A DNA stretch of 6,381 nucleotides from Amoebophrya sp. A120. Lineage: Eukaryota; Protista; Dinoflagellata. The notes under the pieces were generated by a model. It had not been told where the DNA came from and did no database searches. It saw only the letters and a list, made by a program, of their open reading frames with translations. The stretch covers positions 1-6,381 of the forward strand of contig CAJINV010000112.1 of NCBI GenBank assembly GCA_905178155.1. Direction: 5' to 3'. Both the position numbers and the translations under genes were made by a program. This document shows, in pieces, positions 1 to 6,369 of the stretch (positions within the stretch are counted from its first letter, which is position 1; each line of letters begins with the position of its first letter).

Positions 1-14
1 CATCGCGGAGTGGC

Positions 15-2345
15 TCAAACTTGAGCCAGCAACTCCTCAGCCGGAATAGAATCCAGCAGCTCACAAGGATCTTCAAGCGGGGTCGCCACCGTGGTCAGGA
101 ACCTCTGAATCTCATCCCCCAAAGCGACACAGGAATGAAGCTGCACCCTAGCCACCCGACAGAACTGCGCCCAAAGTGCATCGCGGGTAGTCGCGTCAGC
201 AACATTTTCCCCGGAGGGGAGCCACTCGAAGTACGGCACTATGGCAAAACGGGCACACAAACTCCAAAATAAAGCCGCTACCACCGACAGGTGAGCGCGC
301 TCGCCCGATCGACTCCGCAAAACCCCCACCGCAGTGGTGTTGTCCAGAAAGAATACGACCCGCTTGTGCGACAAGGTCGGGCCCCAGAGCATCAACAGAA
401 TGACCGGTGTAAAACTCTCCAACACGTTGATCGGGAAAGACCCCCAAGAGGCGGATGGAAAATTATCCGCCCGCGAGACCGGGTGGCGGAACGCCTGGAA
501 GGCACCCTCCTGCAGAAGACGGACCCCGCCGAGAATACCTCGCCCCCGCTTCCAACTCGCGTCCGAGTAGCACACCTCCACCGGGAGGCCCACTCGTAAG
601 AAGGAAATCGGAGGAAGGACCGGGAGGCAGGCCGCCATGAAGCGTAAGCTCGCCGCACAACCGGAACCCAAGGGAAGGCAGGTGGCGCGAGAATGAAACA
701 AACCTCCACGCCGAAAGACCGGCTTCAGCAAGCCATTTAGACGCCGGCCCACCAGCAGTGAGAAGGGGAAAAGGAACTTCCCGGAAAGGGTGGAAGCCCG
801 CGCGGGACTGAGCTCCCCCGCCCCCAAGACTTCAACCAGGGCCGCCCGAAGGGTGGCGCGCTTCACTTCCGACAACTGCATCGTGGGAGGCGATTGCGAC
901 ACGTCAAAATCCAAGCCCAAAACCCGCAAAGCGGTGCGCCCCCACTTGACCTTCTTCGGCTTCCAAGGAAAACCCAAAACCTCCAACATGTACACAATGG
1001 CGCGCATCAGGAGACGGCGAACCCTGCGGGGCGCCGTGCCGGTCATATCATCTATATAGATGATCAAGGCCACGCAGAAAAACCACCGAACGCAGAAGGC
1101 CAGAAACTGCCCAACAATCAACCACTCCGTAACGGAGTGAATGTTCCCAAACAGGAGCGTGAGGCCGCGGAAGGCTTTGTAGGCCTTCGCCTTGGGGTCG
1201 AAAACCCCGATCCAGTTCGTCGCGCTCCCCGCCTTCGAAATGCTTACATTCTTGTAAGCGTTGGCAATGTCGATAACCCACTGGCAGAGCCCCGCACCCT
1301 CAGGGTCCGCACCATCCTCCGCTGCGTCGAAGTTCGGTATGTGGTCCAAAGCCGCCCAAGCAACCTCCCGCCAGCCCGGGTCGGACGGGCGGGCATCCGG
1401 GAAAGGATCAAAATCATACTCTTCACAGGCCAGGGGGTCTGCCCGGTTGCCCCCTTGGTCAAACACCCGCAAATCCCGCCAGAAGTCAACCCGCGGCGGG
1501 CCGCCTTCTTCTAGTAAAATCGCCGAGCTCGAAGCAAGGGCGAGAGCATGATGAACCGACGGAATCGGCATCGACGACGAGATGTCGGAGCAAACATTCA
1601 AAGGCACACCATTGTCGCAGAGGCGGATCTTGTCCGCCTCATGGTGTGCAAAACGAGTCAGAAGGATGCGCGCCCCCTTTTCCCAAGCTTCGTCCAGGGT
1701 AAAAGGACCCTGGAGCCAGCCGTCCTCGGTTTCTTGGATTGTAGTATCCCAGCAGTGCTTGACATCTTCACCCGGCATCCACGATGAGCTGCGCTGCCGC
1801 AGGCGCGAAATATTTTCCGCACCCTCAACCGAGGCTGCTAGGTCCCCCGAACCGGAGCCGGTAGTTGGGGCCGGGGGCAAACGTCCACCCTCCGACGCCT
1901 TCATGAGTTTCGACGGCCAAAAGTCTTGAGCCGCAGTGGGGCCGACCGATTCCCCCCCGGAAGCTAAAACCCGCCATACATGCGAGAAACCCGAAAAAGC
2001 AGACTCTCTGCCAATCTTCTCAATAACCCCGAAGTTGAACTTCGACCGGATTGGCCTGGTATCCTTCCAACCACCTGCCAAGACCTGCTCCGAGCGAGAG
2101 ACGGTCGCTGGGTCCGCCCGGGCACAGGCCAGCCAGTAAACGCCCGCCAGAATCCGGTCCGAGAAATCCCCAAAGGACGAGCTGTGGCCTTCGCGCAGGC
2201 ACTGTTCGTTGTGCCGCGAGATCAGTCGCCGACCCGAAAAGGCCGGGTGGCTCCTGTCCTGCGACAAACCTGGTAGAAACCTGTCCCGGTCCCGCTGGAC
2301 CCGAGAGAGAAAGGCAGAAACCTTGTCAGCCGGCGAGGACTCCAT
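15..2345 (-). CDS. Pol-like protein: reverse transcriptase plus RNase H (DIRS/Ngaro type), 776 aa
   Basis: RT motifs GWLQGPF, KIRLCDN, motif A IDIANAYK (D359), motif B LLFG, motif C YIDD (aa 430-433, nt 1058-1047), LGFPWKPKK and VLGLDFD. RNase H acidic residues YSDAS (D595), INVLE (E643), FLDNTTAV (D668), NVADATTR (D717). Only about 55 aa follow RNase H, so there is no MT or integrase domain. Confidence 0.95.
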   Translation of the reverse strand: MESSPADKVSAFLSRVQRDRDRFLPGLSQDRSHPAFSGRRLISRHNEQCLREGHSSSFGDFSDRILAGVYWLACARADPATVSRSEQVLAGGWKDTRPIRSKFNFGVIEKIGRESAFSGFSHVWRVLASGGESVGPTAAQDFWPSKLMKASEGGRLPPAPTTGSGSGDLAASVEGAENISRLRQRSSSWMPGEDVKHCWDTTIQETEDGWLQGPFTLDEAWEKGARILLTRFAHHEADKIRLCDNGVPLNVCSDISSSMPIPSVHHALALASSSAILLEEGGPPRVDFWRDLRVFDQGGNRADPLACEEYDFDPFPDARPSDPGWREVAWAALDHIPNFDAAEDGADPEGAGLCQWVIDIANAYKNVSISKAGSATNWIGVFDPKAKAYKAFRGLTLLFGNIHSVTEWLIVGQFLAFCVRWFFCVALIIYIDDMTGTAPRRVRRLLMRAIVYMLEVLGFPWKPKKVKWGRTALRVLGLDFDVSQSPPTMQLSEVKRATLRAALVEVLGAGELSPARASTLSGKFLFPFSLLVGRRLNGLLKPVFRRGGLFHSRATCLPLGSGCAASLRFMAACLPVLPPISFLRVGLPVEVCYSDASWKRGRGILGGVRLLQEGAFQAFRHPVSRADNFPSASWGSFPINVLESFTPVILLMLWGPTLSHKRVVFFLDNTTAVGVLRSRSGERAHLSVVAALFWSLCARFAIVPYFEWLPSGENVADATTRDALWAQFCRVARVQLHSCVALGDEIQRFLTTVATPLEDPCELLDSIPAEELLAQV

Positions 2346-2454
2346 TCTGATGCTGCACTACGCTGGCGAGCGCGACTCTGTGAAACGGAAGTAAAATTCT
2401 CCCTCAAAGGAAAAAGGCGAAACCGTCGCTCGCGACGGTTCCACAGTAGAGTGT

Positions 2455-2471
2455 GGGGGGTGGGCCCAGAT
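2455..2471 (-). repeat. 17-nt dispersed motif, copy upstream of pol
   Basis: ggggggtgggcccagat; 16/17 identical to 4470-4486. Confidence 0.7.
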
Positions 2472-2564
2472 AGCACCCACACCCTGTGGTGTAAGCGACA
2501 AGAGAAAAACCACCAGAATGTGAAAAACAAGAAAAGCGAGTGTACTAAGTAGCCAACCTGGGCG

Positions 2565-2717
2565 CGGTCTCGTGTCAGCACGGGAACTGAGGGGTGAGAA
2601 GAGCATGAGCATAACGATCACAAAGTACCGCGCCGCCAAGGAGGTGAGTTTGCAAGGGTAACGGATTGGTTACCGCCAGTGCCAAACAACCCTCATCCCC
2701 GTGGCAACACGAGACCG
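2565..2717 (-). repeat. Long imperfect inverted repeat / RNA stem upstream of pol
   Basis: cggtctcgtgt (2565-2575) is the exact reverse complement of acacgagaccg (2707-2717); pairing continues imperfectly through 2579-2593 with 2690-2703. Confidence 0.8.
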
Positions 2718-3184
2718 ACCGCTGAGCATGTCTATGCTACACAATGAAAGACAACCCACGGGGGGTGAAGAGCCACTCTCCTCTCGACCGAAGGTTAACA
2801 GCTCACAAACACCTCGTGAGCACAACTACCACTCCGATCTCGGAATCTAACCGGCATCTACACCTAATCAACAGAGACGGAATGCAGGGAGCAATGTAGA
2901 CCGAGGGCAACAAAGGGAACACCCCGCGAGCCTGGCCACGCCAGACCGCGAAATAAGTACCAGGCCAAGGGGGCCCGGAACGTTTCTAATTTCCACTCAC
3001 AACAATCACACTCACATCTTGTTCTCACAACAGAGCAAAGCTTTCGCTAGGAGCTAAAATCCAAGAGCAACCAGGCCAGCATGGATTTGTTCATGTAGGA
3101 GTAGTAAAAAGCAACACGCCGACGGACCCACTTGGCCGAAGGCGAGGGCCAACCTCTAAAACTAAACTGCACATGCTGCAGTGC

Positions 3185-4327
3185 CTACTTCGGAGGCGCT
3201 TGCGCGTCCCCTCTCAAATCTTTTATCACAAAGGGAGACCGCAACACGTGCGGGAATCTGCAGCTGCTTCCGCGATTACAGCGGCCACGAAGAAAGTCGT
3301 GGCAAACAATCCCCACGTTGGAAGTAGTAGCCAAAATTTCTTCACCTCTCACCGGATCCCAGACCTTAGGGATTCCGGAGGAAGAAGCACGCCCGGGCGG
3401 GGCAGGACCCGGACCCGGGGGACGTGGAGCGAGTTGTTTAGGCGGTGCCGGGATCTGTAAAGAGCGAATCTGCCCAACGACACGGGCCCCGAAGCCCTGT
3501 GTGCCCCCGCGCACTTCGCCGTTCAGGATATCGCGGTACTGAGCCGGATCCAGCCGGCGCGACTCCCCCAGGGCAGTCAAATCATGAAACTCCGCCTCTG
3601 AAACCAGGTCGGAGTTCCGGAGCACTTTATGTGTGTTGCGAATCAGCATAACGTTAGTGGTAGGCGACCCCTTTTCGGCTTTGTAGTAGGACGCCAGATC
3701 CTCGAGCGGCAACCTAGCATCAATCTTCGCTCGTACCCCGTAAGCCTGTTCAGTGAAATGGTCTGCAAAGAAAATCCCGAAGCGAGTCGTCTGCGCGGTT
3801 CTATGTTTAGGCGCGGACGACAAAATCATCTTCACTTCGGCCCGCTCCGAAGCATTGAGGGCCTTGATGCCCTTAAGCGCCTTGATCTCCACGCTACTGC
3901 AGATGTGGAGCGACCTAACACCGTTGTAGTCCAGCACAGCTCGTGCCAGGCTCTCCGCGGGCACATCTACCGAGGACAGCGAATCAAGTGGGGAAGGCTC
4001 CCGCTGGTGCGCTAATAATTCGGATCGCGAGATCCCAAAGGCCTCGACCTCACTGTCACTAAAATCTTGCACGGCCTTCCGCTTCTTCACCGGGGGCGGG
4101 CCCTTGCGGGCCGGACCCGCCTCGCCCTCTTCCTCCGCGAGAAGAGCAGCGCAAATCTCATCTTCTTCAACTTCGGGGGCCGCCATCGGCGGGGCTTTCA
4201 CTTTCGCAAACGGTTTAGCGACCGCCTTAACCGCTTTCGCCTTGTGGGGCGGCGCCTTCCCCTTGGGCTTGGCCGGAGCTTTAGCTTTGGCCGGGTGCTT
4301 CGCCTTTGCTTTTGCTTTCGCGGGCAT
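3185..4327 (-). CDS. Gag-like nucleic-acid-binding protein with C-terminal CCCH zinc finger, 380 aa from first ATG
   Basis: First ATG at 4327 (MPAKAKAK); the track start at 4357 is non-ATG. C-x7-C-x5-C-x3-H finger CHDFLRGRCNRGSSCRFPH at nt 3304-3248, preceded by a Pro/Gly-rich linker. The ORF and finger are seen directly; the Gag role is inferred from its position upstream of pol. Confidence 0.8.
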   Translation of the reverse strand: MPAKAKAKAKHPAKAKAPAKPKGKAPPHKAKAVKAVAKPFAKVKAPPMAAPEVEEDEICAALLAEEEGEAGPARKGPPPVKKRKAVQDFSDSEVEAFGISRSELLAHQREPSPLDSLSSVDVPAESLARAVLDYNGVRSLHICSSVEIKALKGIKALNASERAEVKMILSSAPKHRTAQTTRFGIFFADHFTEQAYGVRAKIDARLPLEDLASYYKAEKGSPTTNVMLIRNTHKVLRNSDLVSEAEFHDLTALGESRRLDPAQYRDILNGEVRGGTQGFGARVVGQIRSLQIPAPPKQLAPRPPGPGPAPPGRASSSGIPKVWDPVRGEEILATTSNVGIVCHDFLRGRCNRGSSCRFPHVLRSPFVIKDLRGDAQAPPK

Positions 4328-4469
4328 CTTGTATCTGAACCTAAAAGCGATGCTCAATGTGAGTGTGAATGTGAACTAAGTGGCAAGATACACTTGCTCG
4401 TATCTAACGTGGTCCCCTGTACGTGGAAAATAAGCGAGAAGAAACCGGTCTGAACCCAAAGTGGGAGGG

Positions 4470-4486
4470 GGGGGGAGGGCCCAGAT
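4470..4486 (-). repeat. 17-nt dispersed motif, copy upstream of gag
   Basis: ggggggagggcccagat; 16/17 identical to 2455-2471. Confidence 0.7.
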
Positions 4487-4813
4487 CCCATTTACAAGCA
4501 GCGTCTCCTGCTGCGATCAAAGATTTTCCCATACCGACCTAAACATACTCAACCACTCGCATTTCGTATCTGTCAAGAAAAATCGGGCTAGCCCTGGGCT
4601 CAAGATCTGACAGATTTTAGATTTGGGACCAACAAATTTATGTAGCAACAATTTCCGAGCGACTCGTGCACGAAATAGAACAGACCGCCACTGGACAAAA
4701 GTGAAGCAAATATATTTCTGCGCTATGCGGACTCTGGTTTTTTAGAAAACGATTTGGAAGTTTCCAGCTGTGCAGTGCCTGTAGCTCGAGCTGAAACATA
4801 ATGCGCCAGGCGT

Positions 4814-5716
4814 TCACTCCAGGTCGTCCTCCTCCGGAGACCAGCAGCATAGAAGCTGCTGCTCCTGGTCAGAGAATCGCGCAAAGTCATCACTGTATTC
4901 GAAAAAGGACAGGCTCCTAGCCTGAAGAGACCAGCCCTGCCTATTGGAGACCACCGCCACAAGCTTTTGCCGAGCTTTGGCGGCTTTCTTCCTATTCCAT
5001 GCTAAGCGCGACGTGATCGCACACGTACGACGTGGCCCATGGCCACTCGTCTCGGCTAGCCTACAGGCAGACATGAACTCGCACTTCGATATCGGAAACA
5101 ACGTGGCCCAGTTCTCAACTGAGCACACCGGGCAAACATTCACCCGGCTCTTCTTACACATGCAGAGCACCTCCATGCGGCGTAGCTGCGAGGTTTTGTC
5201 CTTGCGGACCATCAAAGCTGCTGACCGGGTCACACCTCCCTGCCTACGCAGGAAGACCTGCGAGCGGCTAATCGCCGTCAGGGTGTCGCCACGGATCCCT
5301 AGCGCCGAGGCCACTACTAAAATTTCTTTCTCCCGCTGTGTCATACGGCCCAGGGAAGCCAAAAAGATGGGCGTTGCCTTCTTCGGTTGAAGGTTCTGCG
5401 ATTTCAAGTACCGGCCGATTGCCCGCTGCAGACCGAGGAGCTGCCGGGGGAATAAAATGTTTTTAATTCTTCCCGCCTCCCCTTCTAGCGTCACTGCTGA
5501 AGACAGGTAACCCGCCGCAGAGGTAAACCCCTGGGCCAAAAGAAAAGCGGCAAACTGTCGAAAATCCGCAATCCCAACTTCCCGGGCCTGCTCCAGGCCT
5601 TTCTGCACTTTGAACGCCTGCCATGCTCTTGCGTGAGAAGATTGCGGAGAACGTGTCCCGAAGACACTGGGCGCTGGCCCTCTAAATGAATACGTATGCG
5701 GGCGGCCCCGAGCCAT
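4814..5716 (-). CDS. Tyrosine recombinase (lambda-integrase/Cre family, DIRS type), 300 aa from first ATG
   Basis: Catalytic set in correct order: R (LGIRGDT), K (RKDKT), H-x-x-R (SGHGPRR), W (QGWS), Y (FFEYSDD). CPV motif as in DIRS-type YRs. N-terminal helical region (AWQAF..FAAFL..GYLSSAV) resembles the core-binding domain. First in-frame ATG at 5716. Confidence 0.88.
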   Translation of the reverse strand: MARGRPHTYSFRGPAPSVFGTRSPQSSHARAWQAFKVQKGLEQAREVGIADFRQFAAFLLAQGFTSAAGYLSSAVTLEGEAGRIKNILFPRQLLGLQRAIGRYLKSQNLQPKKATPIFLASLGRMTQREKEILVVASALGIRGDTLTAISRSQVFLRRQGGVTRSAALMVRKDKTSQLRRMEVLCMCKKSRVNVCPVCSVENWATLFPISKCEFMSACRLAETSGHGPRRTCAITSRLAWNRKKAAKARQKLVAVVSNRQGWSLQARSLSFFEYSDDFARFSDQEQQLLCCWSPEEDDLE

Positions 5717-5840
5717 GTTTGCAATCAAAGTTGTGATAGACAAGGTAAGACAAATCCACACATCGCCCTAACGGCACCTACTGAGACTTAGATCTGGAAA
5801 GGAACGGACCACTATCTGCCCTCAAAAGCACTACAGCAGC

Positions 5841-6050
5841 CTGGTAGTAGAAGAGAAAGAGAGAAAGGTTGACTTGGCGCGGGGCCTCAGAAGCGACCTA
5901 GCTACCCGAGCCCTACATCTAACATTCCGCACACTGTCGGATCCAATTTCCGATCTAACACTCTGAGCGCGTATCCTTTGTTTTTGAAGACCTTCCTTCA
6001 TTTGAGCAAAAATAAACAGAGCCTCAAGCTCTTCAAAGACAAGTACTCAC
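5841..6050 (-). other. Candidate 210-nt spliceosomal intron in the leader upstream of YR
   Basis: Minus strand has a consensus donor CAG|GTGAGT (6053-6045) and a pyrimidine tract plus acceptor cctttctctctttctcttctactaccAG ending at 5841. Signals only; no transcript evidence. Confidence 0.4.
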
Positions 6051-6180
6051 CTGCCGCGCAGTTGAAACATGAGTATCAGAAAACTTCCATGTCTCTACGA
6101 AGACATGGATTGAAAAAGAAATCGAAGCAACCTGCTGTGGCCTTGCTGGCCCTAACTCACAATGGCTTTCGCGCCCACGC

Positions 6181-6247
6181 TAAACTGCCCCCGCTGGGGC
6201 CACCCTCTATGGTGAGAAAAAAGGAATAAACTCCCCCCGCTGGGGGA
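6181..6247. repeat. 19-nt direct repeat (18/19 identical), each copy forming a GC hairpin
   Basis: taaactgcccccgctgggg (6181-6199) and taaactccccccgctgggg (6227-6245). Confidence 0.85.
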
Positions 6248-6329
6248 TGCCCTCACTGGCGCCACCTACTTCGGTGTAGAACAAAAGGGCAAAAATTCAC
6301 CTAAACCTACGTCCCCCAGACGCACATAT

Positions 6330-6369
6330 CGATGACTCTACATCGCTCCTCCCCACTCTAGGGGAGGAG
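6330..6369. repeat. Two abutting hairpins with the identical 6-nt loop ACTCTA
   Basis: cgatg-actcta-catcg (6330-6345) and ctcctcccc-actcta-ggggaggag (6346-6369). Confidence 0.85.

Noticed and set aside
15-2345. Retron, group II intron, DGR, hepadnaviral or LTR-retrotransposon interpretation of the RT
   Set aside because: The DIRS-type RNase H motifs and a linked YR, with no maturase, terminal protein, protease or DDE integrase recognised, fit a YR retrotransposon better.
21-2394. Many plus-strand and alternate-frame ORFs over pol, including 894-1514 (206 aa)
   Set aside because: No recognisable motifs; expected shadow ORFs of a GC-rich coding region.
2346-3184. Hammerhead ribozyme in the spacer
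   Set aside because: No CUGANGA...GAAA core with supporting stems was found by eye; other ribozyme classes need a covariance-model search.
3132-4453. Plus-strand ORFs antisense to gag
   Set aside because: Shadow frames with no domain signatures; 4104-4379 merely mirrors the Lys/Ala repeats.
4944-5390. 148-aa plus-strand ORF antisense to YR
   Set aside because: Codon-aligned mirror of the YR frame with a non-ATG start and no motif.
5978-6229. 83-aa basic plus-strand ORF
   Set aside because: TTG start, opposite strand to the element, and overlaps the hairpin array; Lys richness follows from A-runs.
6181-6245. CRISPR-like repeat-spacer-repeat
   Set aside because: Only two 19-nt copies, no cas genes, and a retroelement context.
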